64,000 nt of DNA, taken from Acutalibacteraceae bacterium (GTDB lineage: Bacteria > Bacillota > Clostridia > Oscillospirales > Acutalibacteraceae). Positions 36,800 through 47,049 of the stretch are shown piece after piece. The notes under the pieces were generated by a model that saw only the letters and a program-made list of their open reading frames with translations, was not told where the DNA came from and did not search any database. Position numbers and translations under genes: made by a program. The number at the start of each line of letters is the position of its first letter. Position 1 is the first letter of the stretch. Where the stretch lies: NCBI GenBank assembly GCA_045590675.1, contig JAZNRJ010000040.1, positions 15,544 through 79,543 on the forward strand. The letters are read 5' to 3'.

Positions 36800-38272
36800 T
36801 CAAATTTCAATATCGCCAATAATCAACTCTGAATTATTGGCCTTTTCGTTTTCAAGGCAAATGTAAACAATTTCTTTATTATCAAGAATTTCATTTGCTC
36901 TTTCAGAAGTTAAATCAGCTATTATAACAGCTTCATACGCTCTGACTTCGGCAACCTCTCCGTTTTTAAACAGACGGCCAGCTATTGCTTCATAATAATC
37001 TGTGTGATAGGTTAACCTGTTAACGGCTTCTCTGTATCTGTCCACGTCTTCAAGCGTTGCGTTTGCTTCATATTCTTCTCTGGTCATACCGATTTCAGAG
37101 AAAGCCGCTTCTTCAATCTCTTCAACTGTCAATTCTTCGCCGTAATAACCTATACTTACTTCAACTCTTAATGGCTTTCCGTTTGAATTTCTAAAAGCTT
37201 CAAGCAGTTTTAGAGATATATTTGAATCATCAGACAACTCAACTTCTGAGTAAGAATACTTGTCAGTATATTCAAATTCATGTGCATTCTTGGCAGCAGA
37301 ATAAAACGTATAGCTGTAGTTAAGTTCTTTACTCTCAAGCGAAGAAAGCTCTTGCTTTGTTCCAAGCATTATCGCAACGGCATCATAGGCTGCAAGGTAA
37401 GGCTGATAATCTTCATTGTATACGTCCGCAGATTTATTCAAATAAACCCCATCTGAATCAACATACAAAACAGTCAAGCCGTGTTTTTTAAGCTCATCAA
37501 TTGCTCCTTTGTGATTATTATACCGTTCAAGCAAAACGGCAGATTCAAGAGCGTTCACTGCATCAAAATGTTCCTCTCGTGCTTTGACGAACTCTGAATT
37601 CTTAAATAATTTTGCGTAAGCGTGTGAATAACTCAAATTTTCTTCGCTCATATATTTTGCAATAATTCTATCTGCGGTTTTATCAAGCTTATCCTTTATT
37701 ATTCTTTCATTTTCAACAAGCTGCGGAAATTTTTTATAATAATCAACAGCATCGTTCACCTTAACAACAACTGCAATTTCAGCGTGAGGATTTGCACTCT
37801 CAACCATATCCGCTAATTTATAATGAAATCTTACTTTTTCGCCATATCTTTCAAGCTCCGTTTCTTCCTTATCAAAAGATAATGACGGGATTTCATTTTC
37901 ACCCCACAAAACATAAGGAATGTAAAAATATCCGATTTGTGTTTCCTTTTCGGTGTCAACTGTAGAATCTGACGGATTGTTTAAAGAACTTTCGTTTTGA
38001 GTTCTATTTCCAATAGTTGTTCCGTTAAAAATTTCGGTTAAATGGTTATAGCTTGTTTTTTCAATATTGGCAGGTGAACGGTGGTTAAAAAGTGCTATGG
38101 CAATTACGGTAACGCAAAGGCAAGCCGCAATTGCAATATAAGGTTTATATAAATTGCGTTTAACACTTTCAGGTGGCATTTCTTTATCAGAGTAATTATT
38201 TATTTCTTCCCAACGGTCGGGAACGGAAGCATAGGCTGTGTTTTTTAGTTTTCTTTCAAACTTACTTTTCAT
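36800..38272 (-). CDS. Probable membrane anti-sigma factor with a large extracellular domain
   Basis: Overlaps the ECF sigma stop by 11 bp; short cytoplasmic N-terminus, a single TM (PYIAIAACLCVTVIAIALF) and an acidic outer domain. Confidence 0.7.
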   Translation of the reverse strand: MKSKFERKLKNTAYASVPDRWEEINNYSDKEMPPESVKRNLYKPYIAIAACLCVTVIAIALFNHRSPANIEKTSYNHLTEIFNGTTIGNRTQNESSLNNPSDSTVDTEKETQIGYFYIPYVLWGENEIPSLSFDKEETELERYGEKVRFHYKLADMVESANPHAEIAVVVKVNDAVDYYKKFPQLVENERIIKDKLDKTADRIIAKYMSEENLSYSHAYAKLFKNSEFVKAREEHFDAVNALESAVLLERYNNHKGAIDELKKHGLTVLYVDSDGVYLNKSADVYNEDYQPYLAAYDAVAIMLGTKQELSSLESKELNYSYTFYSAAKNAHEFEYTDKYSYSEVELSDDSNISLKLLEAFRNSNGKPLRVEVSIGYYGEELTVEEIEEAAFSEIGMTREEYEANATLEDVDRYREAVNRLTYHTDYYEAIAGRLFKNGEVAEVRAYEAVIIADLTSERANEILDNKEIVYICLENEKANNSELIIGDIEI

Positions 38273-38801
38273 CTTCAAAGCCTCCCTTATAAAACTTTTT
38301 AAGTTTTTTGATGGCATTATTATATGTCCAAAAAACGCTGCCTTTCGGCAAGTCAAGTTCACGGGCGGTCTGAGTCAAAGTCATATCGCTCAGAAGTCTT
38401 AAAATAACAATATCACGTTCTTTTTCACTAAGCGGTTTCAACATCTGCATAAAAGCAAGTTCGCTTTCAATTTTATCGGTTTCACAATCGGAAGATGCAA
38501 ATTCATATGAACCATCAAGCGTAACGGTTTGATGATTTTTGCGTATATAGTCAATCGCTTTATTTTTGGCAATTGTAAAAATCCACGAAGACGATTTGCC
38601 TTTCTCTTTAAAATCACCGCAATTTCGCATTACTGAGAGAAATGTTTCCTGCATTATATCCTCAGCAGCTTCCGGAATACCAACCAAGCGATAAGCATAA
38701 AAATACACAGGTTTACTCATCTCTTTGTAGAGTCTTTCGAGCGAACCTTTATCTCCCTGAGCAATCTTTTTAATCAAGCTGTCAATTTCGTGATTTGTCA
38801 T
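38262..38801 (-). CDS. ECF RNA polymerase sigma factor
   Basis: AEDIMQETF, WIFTIAKNKAIDYIRK and region 4 LSEKERDIVILR...T..A.EL..P.GSV. Confidence 0.93.
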   Translation of the reverse strand: MTNHEIDSLIKKIAQGDKGSLERLYKEMSKPVYFYAYRLVGIPEAAEDIMQETFLSVMRNCGDFKEKGKSSSWIFTIAKNKAIDYIRKNHQTVTLDGSYEFASSDCETDKIESELAFMQMLKPLSEKERDIVILRLLSDMTLTQTARELDLPKGSVFWTYNNAIKKLKKFYKGGFEDEK

Positions 38802-38866
38802 TTTATATCACCCCTTTGCCCGTTCATTTATCATAACGCTGTGAAAACAAAAAGTATTTGAATAAT

Positions 38867-38909
38867 CAAAAAAATAACAGCCCGAAATAGAATTATTCCG
38901 AGCTGTTAT
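38867..38909 (-). terminator. Terminator between the LRR and ECF sigma genes
   Basis: ATAACAGC...GCTGTTAT stem with a U tract on the minus strand. Confidence 0.6.
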
Positions 38910-38915
38910 AATCAA

Positions 38916-40133
38916 TTAACTGTCAACTCTTTGAGCTGAATATTCAACATCAACGCTCTTTTTGAAGAGCAGAAAATCATACTGGGGCTTCCAGTTATTG
39001 CCGCCCTCAACATTTGCTTCAAAATCTTCCTCGGTTGAGGCGATGTTGATTTTTGTAACGCCCTTTAAACCGTCATCCTCTTTATAAACCGTATCCCAGA
39101 AAGCGTGGTGGCCGATATAGGTTACGCTTTCAGGAATATAAACATAGGTCATAGCTCTGTTATAACTGAACGCATCGGAGCCGATATATTCAAGCCCCTC
39201 GGGGAATGAATAATAAACTTCACCAAGTGAAGCATCGCCGTTATAATGTGAATCAGCAATTTCAGCTTTCGGCTTATAGCTGTAAATGTTTTTTAAAAGA
39301 GGTATTTCAAAGAAAGACATAGTTTCAATAACCTTAACACCTTCCGGCAGATAAACATTCACCATATTAGCATAGTTAAACGAAAGCTGACCTATTTTTT
39401 CAACCGTTGACGGCACAACAAAAGTCAGAACATCATTAACGTATTGCTCATATTCAGGCGACTCAGCTGAAGGCTCAATGCGCCAGCCGTTATCATCATA
39501 TTCAGCATAACCGTATTTTTCGGCAAGATATGTGTCGTGGTCGCAAGGTCTGCAGATAAGCTCAGTTTTATTTTTATTATATAATACGCCGTCTATATCG
39601 CAGTAATTGGGATTGTTTTCATCAACCCTGATTTCACGAAGCGCCCAGCAGGAATAAAAAGCTCTGGGGTCAATTTTCTGAACATCGGCGCCGATTGTTA
39701 TAACCTTAACTTTTTCATCGCAGTTAAGAACATAGCTGCCGATTTCGGTAACAAGTTTTGTTTTGTCTTTAACAATCTTAAAGTTTGTTTTGGGGTCAGA
39801 GTTGCCGAGCTCATATTCAACTTCAGAAACATAGTCTATTTCAAGCTCGGTGATATAACCTGTATTGCTGAAGCGTGTAAACTGATAGCTGTTTTGAATC
39901 TTTTCAAACTCAAAAGTATCCTTTCTCAAAGAAAGAACGCTGAAAACACATGAAAGAGTAACAGCAACAACAATTGTAACAATAAAAATTGCTTTCTTAA
40001 ACGTGTAATATTTTGGAGTTTGATTAATTCTGGGGGCAGAAAGGCCTTCTATATGATAAGTCCAAATTTCATCTTCAGGAATATCAAGAGTTACGGATTC
40101 TTCAACAACCGTTTTATTTTCTTTTTCACTCAT
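38916..40133 (-). CDS. Membrane-anchored BspA-type leucine-rich-repeat protein
   Basis: N-terminal TM; ITIGADVQKIDPRAFYSC..L..I.VDENNPNY..IDGVLY and PEGLEYIGSDAF repeats; start at ATG 40133. Confidence 0.85.
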   Translation of the reverse strand: MSEKENKTVVEESVTLDIPEDEIWTYHIEGLSAPRINQTPKYYTFKKAIFIVTIVVAVTLSCVFSVLSLRKDTFEFEKIQNSYQFTRFSNTGYITELEIDYVSEVEYELGNSDPKTNFKIVKDKTKLVTEIGSYVLNCDEKVKVITIGADVQKIDPRAFYSCWALREIRVDENNPNYCDIDGVLYNKNKTELICRPCDHDTYLAEKYGYAEYDDNGWRIEPSAESPEYEQYVNDVLTFVVPSTVEKIGQLSFNYANMVNVYLPEGVKVIETMSFFEIPLLKNIYSYKPKAEIADSHYNGDASLGEVYYSFPEGLEYIGSDAFSYNRAMTYVYIPESVTYIGHHAFWDTVYKEDDGLKGVTKINIASTEEDFEANVEGGNNWKPQYDFLLFKKSVDVEYSAQRVDS

Positions 40134-40146
40134 TGTTGCACCCTCC

Positions 40147-41901
40147 TTATCCTTTATATCCGCCTGAAACGGCAACGCCCTCTTCAGCCGCTTTCTTTTC
40201 GGTTACTTCTGCACGGCGTTTGAGAACTTCCATAACAAGGTTCTGCTTTTTGCTGTCATAATCCCAGAACAAATACGGAATAGTCATAAGAGTAAATCCG
40301 ACAACGTCAAATATCAGCGGAATAATAATAATGTTAGCTCTTGATGAATCAAGGAAAAGAATATCCCAGTTACTGTTAAAACCGTAGCCGAGGAGCATAA
40401 GCGGAATAATAAGTCCGACAAAATTCTTTATCGGATCTGTAAACCAACCGAAAACGCTTGAAAAGCTTTCAAGGCGTTCGCCGGAAAGATACATCTGATA
40501 GTCTCTGATACGGACATCCATATCGTGGCCTGCCGTTGTGGGAACAGTTTTGGTCATTTCCATAAAGAAGAGAACAACAACGCAAATTGTTCCGCAAAGG
40601 TTAACATTATCGCCACAGAACCACATTGCTGCAATAATCAGAACATTACCAAGTGCTCTTGACAGCTGATAGAAAATCATAATCTGCTTATACGAAAATC
40701 TTTTGAGAAAATAAGGCGAAAGGAAATCGGGAGGTGTGCCTGCAAACGAAACAAGCATAACAATAAGGCTGTAAGGCAGGCCGCTGAGACGGAATGTGTA
40801 AAGATAAAGAATTGTTGCAAACGGCAGCATACCGTTACCCAGAGCATCAATCAGCTCAACAACGGTTTTTATAAGCAAATATTTATTTCGCAGCACGCCG
40901 AACATACCGTCCCAAAATTTAATCTGAACTTTCTTTTCAACGGGCGGCTGAGGTATTCTTTCTTTAACTCTGCCTGCAAATATCATTGTTAACGCCGCAA
41001 AGAAAATGAAAGTTCCCGGAATAACGTATCTGTATAGATTTATATCTGCCCACTCATCTTTAAGGAAGCCGATAGCAATGGAAATTGCAAGGCTTGAAAG
41101 AGTGTTAAAGAAATGGGAAAGCTTAACGGGATAGCTTCTGACAAGGATTCTTTCCTGAAGATTCGGGCTGATGCTCTTTGTGCAGGTTTCCATATTATTG
41201 GCAAAGCCAAAAACATTATATGTAGCAAAAAGAAGGTTGCCAACCCAAACTCTTGTTGCAACATCGGGGATGTTGTAAACAGGAAGCCAACCGATAAGGA
41301 TAACCATTATACACTTGGGAACAACATCACAGTAGAGCGAATACTTATATCTGCCGAATTTCGGAAGAAGCTTTTTACGCCAGAAGATATTTCTTGCGCC
41401 AACCCAGCCTGTATAAAGAAAATGCGTTCCGAATGTTTTAAAACAAGCCGCAGCATTCATACCCTCAAAGCCGTTTAAAAGCCTGATAAAATTACCCGTC
41501 TGATCAAACAGAAGCGAGTAGTCAAAGACGATTGTTGAAATACCAAACAACATCATAAGACCGTAAACAAAGTAAAACTTTTTTTCAGTTTTTTTGGGCA
41601 GAAAGCCGAGGTTATCGCAAACAAGCCACCACATCAGAGCCGAAATATAGTTAAGCGGCATATTAAGAATACCGATAACCGAAAACGTAAGATACGGTAG
41701 CTTATAATGGTGCATAATAAGATAACAAGACGAGAAGAAACCGATATATTCAAGCACCTTTGAGCCTGCATAGTTACTGCCAACAGCAAGAACAACGTCC
41801 TTATATTCCTTATAAGGTACATATTTGCCTTCGGCAGGTGTGTTCCAATGATCTTTTATTTCATTAAAAAGCCATTGAACCTTACCGAGCAATTTGTTCA
41901 T
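40147..41901 (-). CDS. GPH-like MFS transporter (paralog of 29370..31628)
   Basis: FGRYK and DVRIRDYQMYLSGERLES; shares the N-terminal W.TP..G.Y...KE motif. Confidence 0.8.
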   Translation of the reverse strand: MNKLLGKVQWLFNEIKDHWNTPAEGKYVPYKEYKDVVLAVGSNYAGSKVLEYIGFFSSCYLIMHHYKLPYLTFSVIGILNMPLNYISALMWWLVCDNLGFLPKKTEKKFYFVYGLMMLFGISTIVFDYSLLFDQTGNFIRLLNGFEGMNAAACFKTFGTHFLYTGWVGARNIFWRKKLLPKFGRYKYSLYCDVVPKCIMVILIGWLPVYNIPDVATRVWVGNLLFATYNVFGFANNMETCTKSISPNLQERILVRSYPVKLSHFFNTLSSLAISIAIGFLKDEWADINLYRYVIPGTFIFFAALTMIFAGRVKERIPQPPVEKKVQIKFWDGMFGVLRNKYLLIKTVVELIDALGNGMLPFATILYLYTFRLSGLPYSLIVMLVSFAGTPPDFLSPYFLKRFSYKQIMIFYQLSRALGNVLIIAAMWFCGDNVNLCGTICVVVLFFMEMTKTVPTTAGHDMDVRIRDYQMYLSGERLESFSSVFGWFTDPIKNFVGLIIPLMLLGYGFNSNWDILFLDSSRANIIIIPLIFDVVGFTLMTIPYLFWDYDSKKQNLVMEVLKRRAEVTEKKAAEEGVAVSGGYKG

Positions 41902-41984
41902 TCTACCAATCCTCCAAAATTTAATGAATTAATTATATCATATTCAACTTTGATAAACAAGACAAGCGTGTAAATAATTACACT

Positions 41985-42764
41985 TTACAAAACCAATACA
42001 TTTCCTGTTGAAATATATTCAAGTTTATCAATATATTTTTTCATAAAGTCAAACTGAACCGTTCCCGTGCAATGGCAGGTATAATAGGCAGTTTTGTATG
42101 AGGCAAGTTTTTGCGAATAATCTTTCAGCAAGCCGTCAGGCGACAGCTTTGAAAAATGAAATCCGCCAACAAAAACATCAGGCTTAAACCATTCGATAAT
42201 ATTCAGAATTCCTTTATGAGAACAGCCGCTGAACAAAACTTTTCTGCCGTTATCCTCGAGCAAAAGATACTGCTCGTGCAAAAATGGATCGGGATAAAAA
42301 ACACCACCGGTTTTAATATTCAATCCACCGCTTTGTATGCTGCAAGTTTGTTCTGAACTGTTGCAATCAAAAAGAGTTATTCCGTTATCAATTTGCATTT
42401 TTCCGCAAGTATATATCAATCTCTTTTCATTTTCAAGCGATGAATCAAGCCCAATATACTTTTCAGTTCCGTTATAATGCAAACCAAATGCTGAATTACT
42501 GACATACACAGGTGCATGCAAATTGATTTCAAGGAACTTCTTGAGTCCTCCCCCGTGGTCATAATGACCATGAGACAACACTGCAAAATCAACACTGTTT
42601 AAATCAACACCTGCTTTTTCGGCATTTACTGAGAATAAATCCGTTTGACCCATATCAAAAAGAATTTTTTTGTTTTCTGTTTCGATATAAAGCGACAAAC
42701 CATGTTCACACCCGAAATTATCGGAACAGGCTGTGTTTTCTGACAAAACAACTAATTTCAACAT
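41985..42764 (-). CDS. MBL-fold metallo-hydrolase
   Basis: EHGLSLYIE, LFDMG, SHGHYDHGGG, SGCSH, GGFH and CHCTG. Confidence 0.9.
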   Translation of the reverse strand: MLKLVVLSENTACSDNFGCEHGLSLYIETENKKILFDMGQTDLFSVNAEKAGVDLNSVDFAVLSHGHYDHGGGLKKFLEINLHAPVYVSNSAFGLHYNGTEKYIGLDSSLENEKRLIYTCGKMQIDNGITLFDCNSSEQTCSIQSGGLNIKTGGVFYPDPFLHEQYLLLEDNGRKVLFSGCSHKGILNIIEWFKPDVFVGGFHFSKLSPDGLLKDYSQKLASYKTAYYTCHCTGTVQFDFMKKYIDKLEYISTGNVLVL

Positions 42765-42775
42765 AATATTTCCTC

Positions 42776-42828
42776 AAAAAAGCCGAAATACTTCATTATT
42801 GGTTATCGGCAAAGTATTTCGGCCTTTA
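42776..42828 (-). terminator. Terminator after the MFS gene
   Basis: GCCGAAATACTT/AAGTATTTCGGC stem flanked by A and T tracts. Confidence 0.7.
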
Positions 42829-42830
42829 TA

Positions 42831-44258
42831 TTATTTATTCTTTTCTCTTACTTCAAGAACTTTCTTATGCACTTCTTCCTTGCGTTCGCCGGTTAGCTTA
42901 TAGAAAAAGAAGGGAACGCCTGCAAGGAACATCATTATACCGTGAACAATTGTGTAGAAGAAAAGAAGCAAAATTTTTGTATCAAGGCTTTGAACGGGAT
43001 TAGGAACAAGGTCTGTAGGCTGAATATAGCCTATAATTGAAGCATCGCCGTAAAGAACAATAGGCGCAAGTGCGCTTGCAATTGTTCCGCTGATAAGAGT
43101 ACCTATCGAAATTACAAACGGCAAAGAAGCATCAAGACGTTTGCCTGTTTTTGCTTCTATATCCTCAAGAACATCAGCCTGGAACATACTGGGAAGAAGG
43201 TTTGATGCGCCAAACTGAAGACCGATAAGAAAGAGGAAGAAAATGAACAAAATCTGAAGAACAGAGCTGCCGTTTTTGAAATACATGTAACCGATTGCAA
43301 AAGCCGCTGCATTTGCAATAACTGAATAAATACCGCTGGCAATATAGAGAATCTTTGAATTAAATTTGCTAAGAAGGAACTTGATAACAAGCATACCTAC
43401 CGCTGTGCCGATACCGGTGGGTAAACCAAAAAGAAGGAACTTTGAGGTTGAGCCGAGGATTGCAGCAGCAAGGAAAACGCCCATATATGTTGCAATATTT
43501 CTAAAGCTCTTAAGGAATTCCGAAACAATAATTACCCAAGCATACTTGTTTTTCAAAATATCAGCAAAACCTGCAATCGGATTTTTCTTCTCTGCGGTAT
43601 AATTAACTCTTTCTTTAACCGCACCCATACCGAGAAGCATTGTTATAATACCCACAACTGCACAAAGACCGGCGCCGATTATGTACTGAGTGCCTTCATC
43701 TTTCCAGATAAGGCCGATAACAAGAATTATTACAAGCGGTGCAGAGTTGCCGACTGCCGAAGAAATACTTCTGAACGAAAGAACATTATCTCGCTCTTTC
43801 ATATTCGGAGTCATAACATTAGCAACCATATTTATCGAATTGCCAAAATTAGTTATAACCGACCAAAGAACAGCAATTGTTACAAGATAAACCATAAGGA
43901 AAGTACCGCTGAGCGAAGCCGGAGTCCAGAAGCTGAGCATCAGCAAAGCACCCATCGGTATGGCTATGAGCATAACTATAGGCTTAAATTTACCGTTTTT
44001 GCCCATCTTTCTGCCGTCAATATACATAACAATAAAAAAGCTGAGAACAAAGGGAATAACGCTGACAAGAGTGTTAAAAAGCGAAGTCTGGCTTTCAGCA
44101 AGCTTCAAAACATTTACAAGGTAAGCGTTGCGGTATGAGCCGAGCATACCTGTCATATTAGTATAGAAGAAAACCGCAATGAGATATAAAACAAACTCTT
44201 TCATTTTAACGAACTTTTCTTCGCTCTGATTCAAATCATTCTTTATGTTTTCTGACAT
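42831..44258 (-). CDS. GPH-family MFS sugar transporter
   Basis: GKFKP, ERDNVLSFRS and ADVLEDIEAKTGKRLD; about 12 TM segments. Confidence 0.85.
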   Translation of the reverse strand: MSENIKNDLNQSEEKFVKMKEFVLYLIAVFFYTNMTGMLGSYRNAYLVNVLKLAESQTSLFNTLVSVIPFVLSFFIVMYIDGRKMGKNGKFKPIVMLIAIPMGALLMLSFWTPASLSGTFLMVYLVTIAVLWSVITNFGNSINMVANVMTPNMKERDNVLSFRSISSAVGNSAPLVIILVIGLIWKDEGTQYIIGAGLCAVVGIITMLLGMGAVKERVNYTAEKKNPIAGFADILKNKYAWVIIVSEFLKSFRNIATYMGVFLAAAILGSTSKFLLFGLPTGIGTAVGMLVIKFLLSKFNSKILYIASGIYSVIANAAAFAIGYMYFKNGSSVLQILFIFFLFLIGLQFGASNLLPSMFQADVLEDIEAKTGKRLDASLPFVISIGTLISGTIASALAPIVLYGDASIIGYIQPTDLVPNPVQSLDTKILLLFFYTIVHGIMMFLAGVPFFFYKLTGERKEEVHKKVLEVREKNK

Positions 44259-44414
44259 AATTACCTCCTAAATTTCTGATTTGATAAATAAATTTTAACA
44301 TTATATCTCAGGTAATTCAATTGATAAAACTTATAAAAATATCCACTATATTTTGTTGACAATTTTTTTCAGGTAATATATATTTAGTATGTATATTGAA
44401 CCGTGGAGGTAATT

Positions 44415-46673
44415 ATGAATTACAAAAATCCTTCGTTACCGGCTGAAGAAAGAGCTGCCGACCTGCTTACACATATGACCCTTGAAGAAAAGGTTGCTCA
44501 GCTCGATATAATCAGAGGCGTTGAATTTGCAACAAAACCTCACCCTCTTTATCATTGCGCAATTGAAACCGATTCGGATATAAATTATGAAAAATTTGAA
44601 AAAACAGTTGGTTCAAAAGGCATCGGGTTTATTCACGATGCTTACACATATCCCGAAGTGTTTAACAAATTTCAGAAATATCTTGTTGAAAAAACAAGAC
44701 TCGGCATACCCTGCATTTTTACCGGCGAAGCTCTTCACGGAATTCTTTGGCCCGGTGCAACTGTTTTTCCCGTTCCTCTTGCCCTCGGCGCAACCTTTGA
44801 CCCTGAAACAGTTAACAAAACCGGTAAGGCCATTGCTGCAGAAACAAGAGCCCTCGGCATGCACGAAATTCTTGCTCCAAACCTTGATGTTGCACGCGAA
44901 CCCCGTTGGGGCAGAGTCGAAGAAACATTTGGCGAGGATACCTATTTAAGCTCAGAAATGGCTTATGCGGTTATCACCGGCGAACAGCAAAACGGAGACT
45001 TTTCACGTTCAGATTCAGTAATTACAGAACCGAAGCATTATTGCGTTCACGGTATACCAGAAAACGGCATTAACTGTGGTGCCGCAAGAGCAGGCCGCAG
45101 AGAAATTGAGCAAAACTATCTGCCTGTTTTTGAAACAGCAATCAAAAAGGCCGGAGCATATAACGTTATGGCTTGCTATAATTGCATTGACTCCGAGGTT
45201 GTATTAAGCTCTGAATACTACCTGACCGATATTCTCAGAAAACGTTGGGGAATGAAAGGTTATGTAAGAGCCGATTGGGGCGCAATTGTAAGACTGGTAG
45301 GCGTTCACCACACAGCTGCTACTGATGAAGATGCAATTTGCGATTGCATTAACGCAGGCCTTGATATGCAGGGTTGTTGTGACTACGAATCATCCTTCTG
45401 GGAAGAAACCATTATCAATAATGTTAGAAACGGCAGAATTTCCGAAGAAAGAATCAATAATTCCGTTTTAAACGTTCTGACCCTAAAATTCAAGCTCGGT
45501 CTTTTTGAAAACCCCTATGCCGACCTTGAACTTGCCAAAAAAACGATCAGATGCCAAAAGCATCTTGACATTGCTGCTGAAGGCGCAAGAAAATCCATAA
45601 CTCTTATCAAGAACGACGGTATCCTGCCGCTTGATAAAACCGAAAATAAAAAAATCGCTTTGCTCGGCCCCTCATCTGACAAACAAAGGCTCGGCGGATA
45701 TTCCTCAGTACCTGACGGTTATAAGCTCAAGTCAGTTTATGATGAATTAAAGGAATTTCTCGGCGACGAAGCTGAAATCAGGCAATGCTCCGCTTGCGGC
45801 ATTCCGAGAGATATGCATATACTCAATCAGGAAGGCCAGCCTCACCTTGTTGAAGTTTATGACGATGACGAAATTGAATGCATTGACGAGGCTGTAAAAA
45901 TTGCCGCTGAGAGCGACATTGCAATTCTTGTTGTTGGCGATAACACATTCACAAGCAGCGAAGGACACGACCGTTCGGATCTCAAGCTTGCAGGCAAGCA
46001 AAGAGAGCTTATACTCAAAGTTGCCGAAACCGGAACTCCGATTGTTCTTGTTCTTGAAAACGGCAGAGCTGTTGACCTTTCGGCTGAAAGCGAAGTTTCA
46101 AATGCAATTGTTGTTTCGTGGTTTGGCGGAGAGCCCGGTGCTAAAGCTATTGTTGAAACACTTTACGGCACTAATAACCCTGCAGGCAGACTCCCTGTTT
46201 CATTCCCGGCAGATTCTCATAGAATCCCCTGCTATTATTCAGTTCTCCCCAACAGCGTTGAACTGATGTTTGAAGGCAGCAGAAGAGCAAAATATCCGTT
46301 TGGTTTCGGTCTTTCATACACTTCGTTTGATTATTCAAACCTCAAAATTACCCAAAACGGAGTTTATAATTACACAGTAACTGCAAACATTAAAAACGTC
46401 GGCAAGGTTGACGGTGACGAAGTCGTTCAGCTTTATGTTAATGACGTCGTTTCTTCTGTTATAACGCCTCTTAAGCTTCTCAAAGGCTTCAAGAGAATAA
46501 GTCTTAAGGCCGGCGAGACAAAGACGGTTGAGTTCAAGCTTGATTTTGATTCTTTTAAGCTTCTTGACAAAAAATTTGAGTGGGTTGTTGAAAACGGCGA
46601 CTTTGAAATTATGATTGGCTCTTCATCAGAAGATATTAAGCTCAAAGAAACAATCAAAATAGAAGCGGGATAA
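44415..46673 (+). CDS. GH3 beta-glucosidase/beta-xylosidase (canonical domain order)
   Basis: GEALHG, PRWGRVEETFGED, KHY, MACYN, nucleophile ADW, NPAGRLP and an FN3-like C-terminus. Confidence 0.93.
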   Translation: MNYKNPSLPAEERAADLLTHMTLEEKVAQLDIIRGVEFATKPHPLYHCAIETDSDINYEKFEKTVGSKGIGFIHDAYTYPEVFNKFQKYLVEKTRLGIPCIFTGEALHGILWPGATVFPVPLALGATFDPETVNKTGKAIAAETRALGMHEILAPNLDVAREPRWGRVEETFGEDTYLSSEMAYAVITGEQQNGDFSRSDSVITEPKHYCVHGIPENGINCGAARAGRREIEQNYLPVFETAIKKAGAYNVMACYNCIDSEVVLSSEYYLTDILRKRWGMKGYVRADWGAIVRLVGVHHTAATDEDAICDCINAGLDMQGCCDYESSFWEETIINNVRNGRISEERINNSVLNVLTLKFKLGLFENPYADLELAKKTIRCQKHLDIAAEGARKSITLIKNDGILPLDKTENKKIALLGPSSDKQRLGGYSSVPDGYKLKSVYDELKEFLGDEAEIRQCSACGIPRDMHILNQEGQPHLVEVYDDDEIECIDEAVKIAAESDIAILVVGDNTFTSSEGHDRSDLKLAGKQRELILKVAETGTPIVLVLENGRAVDLSAESEVSNAIVVSWFGGEPGAKAIVETLYGTNNPAGRLPVSFPADSHRIPCYYSVLPNSVELMFEGSRRAKYPFGFGLSYTSFDYSNLKITQNGVYNYTVTANIKNVGKVDGDEVVQLYVNDVVSSVITPLKLLKGFKRISLKAGETKTVEFKLDFDSFKLLDKKFEWVVENGDFEIMIGSSSEDIKLKETIKIEAG

Positions 46674-46674
46674 T

Positions 46675-47037
46675 ATGCAAACTGTAACCGATGCACTTAA
46701 AAAGCTTGAAAAATCAAAGTTCCGTTCAAGTTTCCATTTAGCCGAAAGCGATATACAATACATAAATGAAAAAGGGCTTGAAACTGTCAGAGCTCATGCC
46801 TTTGACATAATCAGCAAACGTTTATCCCCTGCTGTTATTCAAAATGACGGCAAGCAAACACCGATGAAAGGCCACCCTGTTTTTGTTGCTCAGCACGCTT
46901 GTGCCTGTTGCTGCAGAAGTTGTCTTTGCAAATGGTACAAGGTTCCCAGAAACAAAGAATTAAGCAATGCACAGCAAGAAAAGATTGTTAATTTGCTTAT
47001 GGCATGGATTGAAAAAGAGTTACAAACTAAAACGTAA
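46675..47037 (+). CDS. DUF4186-like protein
   Basis: SKFRSSFHL, NDGKQTPMKGHPVFVAQHA..CCCR.CL.KW. Confidence 0.8.
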   Translation: MQTVTDALKKLEKSKFRSSFHLAESDIQYINEKGLETVRAHAFDIISKRLSPAVIQNDGKQTPMKGHPVFVAQHACACCCRSCLCKWYKVPRNKELSNAQQEKIVNLLMAWIEKELQTKT

Positions 47038-47049
47038 AGGAATGATAAA

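Noticed and set aside
38273-38362. Longer start for the anti-sigma gene
   Set aside because: It overlaps the sigma gene; the RBS GGAGG supports ATG 38272.
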